Shown here in pieces: positions 29,530 through 41,056 of a stretch of 64,000 nt of DNA (position 1 is the first letter of the stretch; each line of letters opens with the position of its first letter). A program made the translations under genes and the position numbers. The stretch covers positions 52,700,001-52,764,000 of the forward strand of contig OZ024745.1 of the NCBI GenBank assembly GCA_964016885.1. The letters run 5' to 3'. Source of the stretch: Eledone cirrhosa (lineage: Eukaryota). The notes beneath the pieces were generated by a model, which ran no database searches, was not told the origin of the DNA, and saw nothing but the letters and a program-made list of their open reading frames with translations.

Positions 29530-29629
29530 TAAAGTTATAGAGGTATTTATTTACGTTTAATTTATATTTTTAATTATCGTGTCTATATTCTGCCTTTCAT
29601 AGGTTATAGATTCCATACACTGGTGGCCC

Positions 29630-29675
<46 letters not shown>

Positions 29676-29767
29676 CGAAGGAAATGTGGTAAGGAACCAG
29701 GTAGACCATAACGCACCAAAGTACTCAATACTTAGGGTAGTAGAGTGGGTAATAGGAACAAGTAAGA

Positions 29768-29859
29768 CCCCGACGGCTGAGATCAAGCCGTTTCGGCGGC
29801 TAATTCTGTACTGAATGAACATGTATTCTTGTATTTAAATAGCCGAGCTTATCAAGGGG
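29768..29859 (-). ncRNA. Type I hammerhead with U3-A8 core variant
   Basis: CCCC-TTGATAA-GCTCGGCTA...TAGCCGCC-GAAA-CGGCT-TGATCTC-AGCCG-TC-GGGG; GUC triplet. Confidence 0.78.
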
Positions 29860-31185
29860 TAATTCCATATATGGTCAAAGAGATAATCACTAGGATTGGT
29901 CACATCACAAGTTAGTAGTAAATCTGTGATGGCAAATTGGTGGGGGAAGGGGTAGCTAAACCTGCCGGTAGGAGAAAAAGGGAGAGAGGGTGGAGTAGAC
30001 CCAATCATGCGTTGGTAGTGCCAGCTACAGCTGGGCGTGAGGTCAAAGAGGATACTGGGGAGGGGGAGGAGTTCGAAACGGTAAGTAGATCAATGAAGGG
30101 TAAAACTATAAAAGGTACTGAGAGAGAAACAAAAAAAATAAGCAGTCTTGTTACTAAGACTTAAGTCTCTCGCTATTGCTAGGCTAAAGAAAAACATAAA
30201 TAAATAAATAAACAAATAAGTGAATAAAAGAATAGATAAATAAAATTAAAAAAAAAAACAAAAAAAATATATATATATAAAAATATATATATATATATAT
30301 AATGAAGAATAAAAAAATAAATAATAATAATAAAAATAAACTAGGTGGGACGGAAATAAAGGGACCCTTATACGAGGTGTAAGTGCGTGTATCGTACGGT
30401 GACGGGTCAACAAAGGGGGGGGAGGCAAAATACTAAAGAGACTACCACGAAATAATAAAGGTTTCTACCCCAATCACAGGGCCAGCAACCACCCAGTACA
30501 AGAAAGTAAACTAGTACGAGGATATAATTCAGGGTCCCGCAAAAAAATACTAGTGCTAACTCTAGGGGTACCGCCACGAAACAAAAAGTCTTATACAAGC
30601 TACATGAAAGATCGTACGAAGTAAAAGTAAAGAACGGAAAATTAATACAGGAACACCCTACCCACCCACCCCCGCCCCCCAAAAAAGGGAAAAAGAAGAA
30701 AGAAATACTGGATAAACGAGAAATTAAGGCAAAGATGCCACTAAGAAATATAGAAGGCACGGAAAAAAGGCACAGCGGTCGGAGAAGGGGGCGAGTATCC
30801 GAAGTCTAATACCTCTGCTATAAAAAGCGGAGTCAGCCAAATCTATCATAGAATAGGGGAGGGGTGTGGGGGTGCTAAAGCTACAAGGGACCGATGGACT
30901 ACCTCGGGATGGCGAGAAAAAGACGACGACAAAGAAAAGGAACTGGGGTAGATGGGGGGAAGGAGGAAATATAGAGGAAGCGATAAAAGAATGTAAAAGA
31001 AGATCTTACGTCTCCATTGGCAAGCAGGGGTTACCCATTACAAAATAGGCAAGTGGGGTAAATTACCCCACTTGCCTATTTTTTTTTCTCTCTCAGTACC
31101 TTTTATAGTTTTACCCTTCATTGTTCTACTTACCGTTTCGACCTCCTCCCCCTGGTGATTATCTGTTTGACCATATATGGAATTA

Positions 31186-31277
31186 CCCCTTGATAAGCTC
31201 AGCTATTTAAATACCAGAATACATTTTCATTCAGTACAGAATTAGCCGTCGAAACGGCTTGAGCTCAGCCGTCGGGA
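31186..31277 (+). ncRNA. Type I hammerhead with U3-A8 core variant (second copy)
   Basis: CCCC-TTGATAA-GCTCAGCTA...TAGCCGTC-GAAA-CGGCT-TGAGCTC-AGCCG-TC-GGGA. Confidence 0.75.
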
Positions 31278-31288
31278 TCTTACTTGTT

Positions 31289-31353
<65 letters not shown>

Positions 31354-32348
31354 AACATTTTTATTTTAAATTTTTAATTCTTACATTATTTTTCTAATGA
31401 CACCCTCTAAATATATATATTTTTAGATGTAGATTGATAATCAATAACTGACATTAGAAAAATGTATCCTCTTCACGACAGTTTCTTAGATAAGCACATT
31501 ACGTATCTCCTCGTTTTTGATTTACAAACATTCACACATATTGCGACTAAAATAATTAATCTCACACTAACTCTTCAAATGTATCAATTAACAAACAAAA
31601 TTGGAGTTATCTTTCCTTTCTCAATCGTGTAAACTTATTATATACGTAACTTCGCTAAATTAACAATATTATGAAAACATTTTTAATGCTGAACAAAGTA
31701 TTCAAATCTATAAAATGTTCTCTCACAACTTGAAATACCTATTTATTTACATAAAACACAAAGTTAACTTCCCTCGTAACTCATATTAGAAATATAAACA
31801 ACTAATAATTGTAAATTATCTATATCTCTTTAATACTAATACATATACAATTATTATTATATACAGATATTTATACATATAACCTACTACAATATTTTAA
31901 TAAGATAAATACTTACAAACATAATTCTCCATATAAGTATATACATAATATAGGTAAATATTCAAATTGTTTTCCCCGAAATTAACGTAAATACGAGGTC
32001 TTCTTTACTTTTTTCTTCTTTCTTTTTTCTTTCTTTCCTACTCATACACACACATATCTAAATTCTCCATAGCGTCTAAAATAACGTTTTTTCAAACATA
32101 TAACTCAACCTCATTTACATATTCATTTGCATACTCATCTTAACAATTTTGAAAAATCTATCTTTAACTCCACTGTCCAAGGAAAAGTTCAACCGTTAAG
32201 GTATGTTCCTTGGCTATGTCAAAATTTATAAAACACACTTTTTATTTTATCTGGTGAAAGCTTACCAAAGTTTTTGGTACCCTTGAAATATATATATAAT
32301 TGAATAAATATGGTTTTATAAATCTAGTTTCCATTTATTTAATATCAT

Positions 32349-32391
<43 letters not shown>

Positions 32392-32394
<3 letters not shown>

Positions 32395-32736
32395 TGACGC
32401 GAGGCGTCTACCTGCTATTGGTACCATGTAATGCAGTACAGTCTGCCTCATGGTCGAGTTAGAGTTAGCTAAATCAGTTCTGCCCCCATACCCTTGACTG
32501 GTTAGGAGTTTTAAGTGGAACCCCAGCAGCAAAATACACAAGAGCTGTTTGAAAGAGCGCATGAAGTCTTCGGCGTAAATGGCCCAATACACCAACTCTT
32601 GGTTAAATAGACTCACCAATTGGCAAATTGTGTTGAGTACAGCTACATCCCTGACATGACGGAAACCAAACAGACATCGGGGGAAGTCAAACAGGAAAGG
32701 CCTCCTCTAAAAGTAGTGAGAAGGCCCTGGATAGCG

Positions 32737-32742
<6 letters not shown>
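32392..32742 (+). mobile_element. Probable LINE (RTE-like) 5' leader and ORF-start fragment between (TA)n tracts
   Basis: Homologous to 14098-14345; ends in ERPPLKV, reminiscent of the P.LK.GTWNV start of RTE endonucleases. Inference. Confidence 0.4.
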
Positions 32743-32832
<90 letters not shown>

Positions 32833-32834
32833 AA

Positions 32835-33076
<242 letters not shown>

Positions 33077-34954
33077 TAGAGAGAGAGAGTCATATTGATA
33101 AACTCACAAACACATTCCCCTACATATATGATATATATATATATATACGATAATGCCTCGATTAGATTTCTAGATATGCAACACAAAGCGAAACAGATAA
33201 TACTGGTGACATGTTCCACGACATTCGTAACGCCGATGAGGAAAATAGTGGAAATGGTGTCTTAGGCATGGCCAAATGTGTGACAAATCGAAGGAGTCTC
33301 TTTCGTGCCATCCACACTTAATTTCGTTAAACAATTTCAGATGTAGTAACCTGCTAATATCATGATACTCATTTGTATAATTTATTTAAAGTTGTTAAAA
33401 TTGGGAAATACGTTCAGCTTTGTCAGTTATTATACTTGTAACAGATATTAATCAATTGTAACCATGTGTACATTAGTCCCCTAACGAACAAATTAATAGG
33501 GAAAATATTCCACAGATAGAAATATAGGAGTCGTTTTGGGAAATGATTAGAGGACTATCGTTTTTCCTAAAATGTTGGTGTCTGTTTGAAATATTCCTAT
33601 AATGTTTCGGTTTTTTCTTGACTCCTTCGAAGCAATTCGCTCTCCCTCTCTTTCACCTTTTCTCTCTCTGTCTCTTCTACTCGCTCCCTCTTTACCTGTA
33701 TACCAAGTTACATGTGTTTGTCTATCTCACTCTGTTGCTCTTTTTCCTATAGTTTCGTTCTCATCCAGCGTAATTCACAGACAGTTATTCCGTATTTTTC
33801 GTCATGCTTTTTCGGTATCCCTGATAGGGAAAAGATTCTTCAATAAGATTGTAAAAGCCCTACCATATTAAGGTGTGCAGCGCTTTTATAGATATACTCT
33901 TATCTCCATCAATCTACTCCATTTATTGTATTCTTCCCTTGCGACACAGTTCTCCGATGGTATTGACTGCTGCTGATATAATTTTCATATCAAATTACAG
34001 TGTTTTTTGTCTGATTCTAACATTATAAACTGTGTTCATGGTATTTTCTGTTATTTTTCCAAAATATGCTATAATATTTTCTATTTTTCAGCATCGTGTT
34101 TTCTTTTATCCAAACATTGCATGATAGAATGCAATTCTGGTTCTTCGTGAAGTTTGAAAATATGTTAATGGTTGCAGGTCTTCATATTAGACATGAGAGG
34201 CAGGTCAATTGTTTGACGCAAGGAAGTGATATTTTTGTATGACATATAACTTGACATGAATGCATGTCAGAAAGGTGTTGGTATATTGAGGTGACTTATA
34301 AAAATATCTATCACCAACAATGCACTTGGTTCCAGATTACTGTGTGAAAATTGCTATTTCAAAATTTCAGATCACACGCAGATATATTTCTAATACTCTC
34401 TTCACTGGTCTCAGAGATTTTGAAGAATAAGAGATTAGCGGATTCTGCTTGAAACTGCCACCTACACAACTAGCGTTTCACATTCATTTACCTACTTTAA
34501 TCAAAACAAGGTTCTTTCTGTGGTTATGAATAGAATATGGGGGTCATTACATTTTGTTCCCCAAAATCTGTTTCCTCTATAATAAGATAGTTAACATTTT
34601 CGCAGGTGATTTTAAGGATCTGAGCATAATTTATTGCGGAAGAGTTTATTTCATTAGCATTCTGAATTATATTTATAATTGTAGTCGTAGCCAGGTTCTT
34701 AAATTTATTCACATATATCTAACGGCCACTGGCTCCTCTAGCCGCTCAAATTCGACTTGATGATTTTCCACAGCAATCTAGTTACATTTTCTGTGCAGAA
34801 TTTTAAAAATTGTTTGGAACTGAACAGAGTATATAATTGTCTGTGATTATTTACTTGGGCGGGCAGTGGGTGTTCTTACATGACAGTTTGTATGTTTCTA
34901 TGTGCGAGTGAAATTGTAGTAGCTGGTCGAGAACACTTGTTCAGGGTTTGTTTT

Positions 34955-34991
<37 letters not shown>

Positions 34992-35459
34992 AAAGTAGGT
35001 GATAACATTTGAACAAAACATAGATATGGCGAGGATTGGGTCACGAATACTTTTATTATCATGTCCGAAAATGCAAAGGTAATATTTGCGTGTATGTATG
35101 AAGGGAACAGGTTAATTAAGTTTCTGATTAAGCAAAACCACATGTGTGCGTGGGGGAGTGGAGTACTAAATTATATTCACTACAATTTCAACATTACAGA
35201 TTACACATTCTTTGCATACGAAACTATATTTGAGAAATTCGATGTTTAGTAGTGAGCTAAAAAAAAATATGAGCATTGAATAAGCAGTTTCAAATTCTTC
35301 ATAGTTTTCAAAATAATGTGACAAGTTGTGACGTGTAGTTATGCTGCAATTTCCCCACCTCTAACAGGAGTTTGGAAACTCACTCCCTTTCGTTCACGTG
35401 GTCAAGCATACATTTTTGTTATTTGCCCAAGAATGTAGAAGAATCTGCCAGTTGCCCGC

Positions 35460-35844
35460 CATAACAACACGTCAGTTTGGGTCACCACTTGAATATAATT
35501 ACGGACAGTAAATGTTTGTACATTTAAGTAATTAATAAAGCTGGCCTACTAATAACGGTTTGATATTGACATTAATAATTATCCATTTAATTGTAGTAAT
35601 TATTTCTAATAAATGTCCATACAACAAATTTGTATGGCATTTATTAGAACAATATATATGGATATATATAGTCATATAATCACTCCATAAATAATATGTT
35701 TATATGATTTTTTTTTCTTTATTTTTAATGCTGTAACTATAACAGTATTTACATGAGTCCCTCTACACTTGATATTTTAGCGCAAAATTTGCTTCGAAAC
35801 TATATGTTCTACAGATCGATGTTTTCAAAATAGATATTTTACAC

Positions 35845-35889
<45 letters not shown>

Positions 35890-36027
35890 GGATAATTAAA
35901 TTGATAATTATTAATTTCAATATCAAACCGTCATTAGTAGGCCAACTTTATTAATTACTTAAATGTACAAGACATTTACTGTCCGTAATTACATTCAAGT
36001 GGAGACCCAAGCTCACGTGTTGTTATG
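35460..36027. repeat. Inverted repeat (arms about 35460-35592 and 35894-36027) around a (TA)n-containing spacer
   Basis: The arms are direct reverse-complement matches of about 130 bp. Confidence 0.85.
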
Positions 36028-36102
36028 CGTTATGGTCCATCATATATATATATATATATATGGTCCATCTGGTTCCTCACCACACCTCCTTCGTTATATA
36101 TA

Positions 36103-36135
<33 letters not shown>

Positions 36136-36139
<4 letters not shown>

Positions 36140-36811
36140 AGATTTGAATGGATACAGTTTAGTTAAAAGGAATTTATTGACACGTGTTTCTATAACAGTT
36201 ACATAACCTGAAAACAGCTGCTATCTACAAAGTATTAGTTATGCAGACATTCAATATTTCAATGTTATTATCAACTGTAATTTCATCGGAATAATTTTAC
36301 TGAGGACCTGTTTCGTTTTTATAGAGAATATTAGGAGGGAGGGGTGAAGTTGTTAGAAGAATAGTTGAGGGAGTGGTTTTTTGATAGCAGAGAGAATTGT
36401 TGGTGGCAGTGAGTAATTAGATTCCCATCTGTTGTTTTGACATTTTTATAGAATGTATTATTGGTTATTTTTCTAAATCTATTGAAGGATTAGAGATAGT
36501 ATAGATATGCGTGGTTGGTTTTGTGTTTGCACTTAATTAACATTCAGACTTAAATTTTTCTTTCAAGTGTACGTATCCTTTCGCCCACGCATTCACACAC
36601 AAACATATATGCATACCTCTACAAAATACATATACTCACATTCACATACTTACATGCTCATACTTACATACATATACACATGCATACATATATATATACA
36701 CACATATATACATGTACATACATACGCGTTCATGTGTATACATTTTCATACTCAACTTATCTTTATATACACACGTATAGACACACACATATATACATAC
36801 ATACTCCAGTC

Positions 36812-36867
<56 letters not shown>

Positions 36868-37328
36868 CACTTTAATACATGAATACACTTACATCTAACT
36901 ATACACATCAAACATATATATATATTTAATTATTTATATACATTTTCACATATATATACATACTTATGGTCGCTTTTAGACACATTCATTATCGCATATT
37001 TGCACCTATTCTCATCAGCATATCTTTCCATTATTAGTGTTGTAATTTAAGGTTATTAATATACATATATATGTTGAGAAGAGATTGTTTTTATATTTTT
37101 CTAACTAGATTGAGGTTTATATAGTTGGGGGGATGTCCCTCTTTTATGTAATATTCAGCTTGTAGTGGGAAATAAGGGTTTTAGTTCGGTGACGGCAGAA
37201 TAATGTTCGTTCAATTCTGTTATTCAGCAATTTCCTCTTGTGTGTGATTATGTAATAAATGTCAAGATTACACAATTTGCAGAAATTTTGGCTCCTGGAA
37301 AAGCTTTGAGTTTTAGCTAATTTCTCCC

Positions 37329-37331
<3 letters not shown>
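36136..37331 (-). mobile_element. 5'-truncated Naiad-type PLE (GIY-YIG C-terminus, 3' UTR and pLTR) between (TA)n tracts
   Basis: About 37150-37330 on minus reads WEKLAKTQSFSRSQNFCKLCNLDIYYII...LLNNRIERTLFCRHRTK, matching the C-terminus of ORF 47219-47437. Confidence 0.85.
36174..36294 (-). ncRNA. Type I hammerhead (U4C change) with long helix II
   Basis: TTATT-CCGATGA-AATTACAGTT...AACTGTTATA-GAAA-CACGTG-TC-AATAA; palindromic helix III, GUC triplet. Confidence 0.72.
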
Positions 37332-37367
<36 letters not shown>

Positions 37368-37376
<9 letters not shown>

Positions 37377-38042
37377 AACGTGCTGCGGGGTTGCTAATGG
37401 GCTACATATGAATAAAGTTAGTCCTTCATCAGTGAACTTCCAACCATCATTGGTATTTCATCGCTTTAAAGACCATATACCTCCGGTTGGTGCGAGCAAC
37501 GGCTAAAAAAAGTTGTTGGGACACGTACATAAAGGGGACACGAGTGTAAACAAACAAAAATGGTGAAGCAACGAAAAGTGAGGAAGAAGGAGTCAAGTCC
37601 CAAATTTCTATGAATTTAAATTCGGTGAAATCGTGAACGACAGAGAATAAAGACCATTAAACCTGGTTGAAATGTGAGCAAGGAAGGAATTTCGCACAGG
37701 TCTAACGGGAGGAAGAAGGGGTCTAGTCTGTGAATTCGGTAAACATAAGTTCTGTGAAATCGTAGACGAGAGAGAGAAACAATGCCGACCGGCCTGGCCA
37801 AGCGTGCGAAAGAAAATAATTTCGCACAGGTCAAACGGGAAGAAGGAGGGGGAGGAGAGGTAATAACGGAGAATGAGTGAGGAAGGGTGAGGAAGAGGCT
37901 AACAGAGAGAGTGACTGCTAGAGAGGGTAAAGATACAGAGAAAGAGGAAGCAGTAAGAACGAAATAGACGGGTAACAGCAGGGGAAAAAATATGTGTAAA
38001 TATGAAATAAACGTGCTGCCGGGTTGCTAATGGGTTACATAT
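37368..38042 (-). mobile_element. pLTR-like unit with 42-bp terminal direct repeat and half an HHR
   Basis: TATGAAATAAACGTGCTGC.GGGTTGCTAATGGG.TACATAT at 37368 and 38001. CTGATGAAGGAC on minus at about 37421-37432 lacks the GAAA half. Flanked by microsatellites. Confidence 0.65.
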
Positions 38043-38066
38043 ACCCACACACACACACATACATAT

Positions 38067-38220
<154 letters not shown>

Positions 38221-38352
38221 CTGCGATGAATTAGTTTTGCGTGGTTTTTGATATGAAATTGTGTGTCGAAACAAATATTGTTATACAGTGAGTGTGTTCT
38301 GTTATTAATTCTGACAATATTACACAAATATGACCCTCCTCAAGTATAACAA

Positions 38353-38402
<50 letters not shown>

Positions 38403-38435
38403 AAAGTTATTTATACAAAAGTTCTTTATACATGT

Positions 38436-38688
<253 letters not shown>

Positions 38689-38722
38689 AGGGAATGTGAA
38701 AGACCAAAGGTCATTATTTGAA

Positions 38723-38904
38723 GTGGATTGGCAGTATCGGTAGAGGGACGCCATGCTTTGACGCATAGAGTTAGGCCCTGTCCATTCTGAGTTCAAATGC
38801 CGCCGAGGCTAACTTTGCCTTTCATCCTTATGGCTCGATAAAATATAGTATCAGTAATGTCCTGGTTAATTGCTGGCCTTGTGCCAAAAGTAGAAACAAT
38901 TATT
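38723..38904 (+). mobile_element. tRNA-derived SINE family A
   Basis: TGGCAGTATCGGTAGAG A-box, GAGTTCAAATGC B-box and the conserved body. Partial copies at about 39235-39300 (+), 42815-42954 (+) and 57949-58008 (-). Confidence 0.9.
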
Positions 38905-39121
38905 GAAAGTCTCTGGATTTTGAATGTAGGTTTATAAGTATACATTTTCATAAAACTGTCGTAGTTTTCTCTATGGCATAGCGATAGGTACTAAAGACAG
39001 TGGAGATCCTGACTTGGGTTCAATCCTCATGAATAAATACATGTAATTTTTGGTAACAACCGTATTATTTCTATGTGTGTTTGACTGTTGAATTGATTTA
39101 ATTTGATTATTTCAGCAAACA

Positions 39122-39162
<41 letters not shown>

Positions 39163-39609
39163 AATGATGAGACAGTAAACAGAAAAAAAAAAACGTGGAA
39201 GCGAAGAGGCAGTACAAATGTTATTATTAGTTTTATAAAATAAAGTACCAGTAATACACTGTTATGTGCTGGCTTTGTGCCAAACGTAGAAACAATTATT
39301 AGTTTTACGTTTGTTAGTCGGGGTGGGGGACGACGTTTTGGGCATAAGCCTTTCATCGGGAGAAAAGTGGGCAGGAAGAGATTCCGAGGGTGTGTGGGGG
39401 AGTGGTGGAAATACAAGGACACTGAGAATGCAATTCGAAATCATGTATGTCGATGACGAGTCGGTTTGCTTTTGATGAGTTTGATAATGATGGATTTGAA
39501 AGCGAAGCCCTCCATCTTTCTGAAGTGAATGCCACGTTATGGAGCTGCATTGTTTCATATATAAATTCGTTCAAAATATACTTCCCGAAACAATTTTCTT
39601 TATAATTAA

Positions 39610-41056
39610 CTAGCAGTAGAGCCCGGCGTTGCTCGGGGTCGCTCAGTAGCTGTGTTAAAGTTACAATGTTAAGTTTCTTTATTGGCTTAAAAACTGTAGT
39701 GTCTACTGTGCAGACTTGCATGTGGTGTTTTTTGATTAATATTCCCTCAACCAACAATATGCCTTATGGAAGTTAAGAAAACATAACGATAAGCCGAATG
39801 TTATAACAAAAGAGGATGCTGGGGATAGAAACTGCACTGGTTATTTTTTAACAAAGATCGAAAATGTAAACACTGCAACGCAGAGAAAAACATTAGCGTA
39901 ACCAAATTATCAGTTATGTCTGTCTGCACGCCTATATCACCTCTCTGCACGACCGTCTGTCTGCACGCCTATATCACCTCTCTGCACGACTGTCTGTCTG
40001 CACGCCTATATCACCTCTCTGCACGACTGTCTGTCTGCACGCCTATATCACCTCTCTGCACGACTGTCTGTCTGCACGCGTATATCACCTCTCTGCACGA
40101 CTGTCTGTCTGCACGCCTAACGACGAAATATTTGCTTGTTTTACGTAGTCTTTAAATAGACTTGTTTTCAAGTAAAAATATTGTTTTAAAATGCTTTTAA
40201 ATGGAAATGAAGCAAAACGGAAGCTTAGTGTTCGAACTGATGAATTTTGCAGGTATGCCTTATGAAGTTAAGAAAACATAACGATAACCCGAATGTTATA
40301 ACAAAAGAGGTTGCTGGGGATAGAAACTGCACTGGTTATTTATTAACAAAGATCGAAAATGTAAACACTGCAACGCAGAGAAAAACATTAGCGTAACCAA
40401 ATTATCAGTTATGTCTGTCTGCACGCCTATATCAGCTCTCTGCACGACTGTCTGTCTGCACGCCTATATCACCTCTCTGCACGACCGTCTGTCTGCACGC
40501 CTATATCACCTCTCTGCACGACTGTCTGTCTGCACGCCTATATCACCTCTCTGCACGACTGTCTGTCTGCACGCGTATATCACCTCTCTGCACGACTGTC
40601 TGTCTGCACGACTGTCTGTCTGCACGCCTAACGACGAAATATTTGCTTGTTTTACGTAGTCTTTAAATAGACTTGTTTTCAAGTAAAAATATTGTTTTAA
40701 AATGCTTTTAAATGGAAATGAAGCAAAACGGAAGGTTAGTGTTCGAACTGATGAATTTTGCAGGTCAATATTTTGCTGGCTCGACAACTGTTAAAGCCAG
40801 CGTAATTTTTTACGTAAGACGCTCAATGTAAACAGAACAAAGGGAAATAACTGATCACTTACGCTCAAAAATCGATACATTATATTCGATTTCGTCACAT
40901 AGGGTGGGTCAATTTGAAATTTTTTTTTCCGATGTCTTCGCTAGGGCTCAATGTACAAGTATAGCAATTTCGGTGCAATTCCGTGAGAGATTCTAAGAGG
41001 AGATGTGTGCCAAAAATCGATAGACAGACAGACAACCACAGTTTTATATATATAGA
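39610..41056 (-). mobile_element. Non-autonomous Helitron with internal 496-bp tandem duplication and 37-bp minisatellite
   Basis: On minus it starts TC (41056-41055) after A and ends CTAG (39613-39610) before T, with subterminal hairpin CCCGAGCAACGCCGGG and GTCT repeats near the 5' end. Duplicated units start at 39758 and 40254. Confidence 0.85.
39917..40629. repeat. Two arrays of the 37-bp minisatellite CTGTCTGTCTGCACGCCTATATCACCTCTCTGCACGA (about 39917-40118 and 40412-40629)
   Basis: About five near-identical head-to-tail units per array, with no spacers. Confidence 0.95.

Larger units (their letters stand above)
28742..29625 (+). mobile_element. Retrozyme-like non-coding element (C-D-C'-E-D), each D repeat carrying an HHR
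   Basis: D repeats about 28873-29085 and 29403-29625, offset 530 bp. C (28745-28873) is inverted at about 29109-29240. Flanked by (TA)n and (CT)n(TA)n. Confidence 0.85.
29674..31292. mobile_element. Inverted-pLTR element between (TA)n tracts with two oppositely oriented HHRs and a perfect hairpin at the inversion point
   Basis: About 29752-29890 plus 30060-30140 are reverse complements of about 31081-31292. A 20-bp perfect stem lies at 31042-31082. Confidence 0.82.
24690..32350 (+). mobile_element. Near full-length Naiad-type Penelope-like element with inverted 5' pLTR, interrupted by three nested insertions
   Basis: Left pLTR (24823-24877 plus 25986-26290) is the reverse complement of about 32005-32350, with the ORF remnant between them. 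Insertions at 24878-25985, 28742-29625 and 29674-31292. Confidence 0.85.

Noticed and set aside
33950-35270. Decayed DNA transposon with a Cys-rich C-terminus
   Set aside because: Only scattered Cys/His residues among many stops; no TIR or TSD identified.
39329-39364. Functional minimal HHR (CCGATGAAAGGCTTATGCCCAAAACGTCGTC on minus)
   Set aside because: Two core changes and no helix I pairing; counted only as a decayed remnant. The same applies to 48187-48272 and 55341-55385.
39917-40629. CRISPR-like array (37-bp repeats)
   Set aside because: Units are head to tail with no unique spacers, there are no cas genes, and the context is a eukaryotic Helitron.
40238-40755. CTGATGA motifs in the Helitron duplication as hammerheads
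   Set aside because: No GAAA, helix III or helix I at suitable positions.
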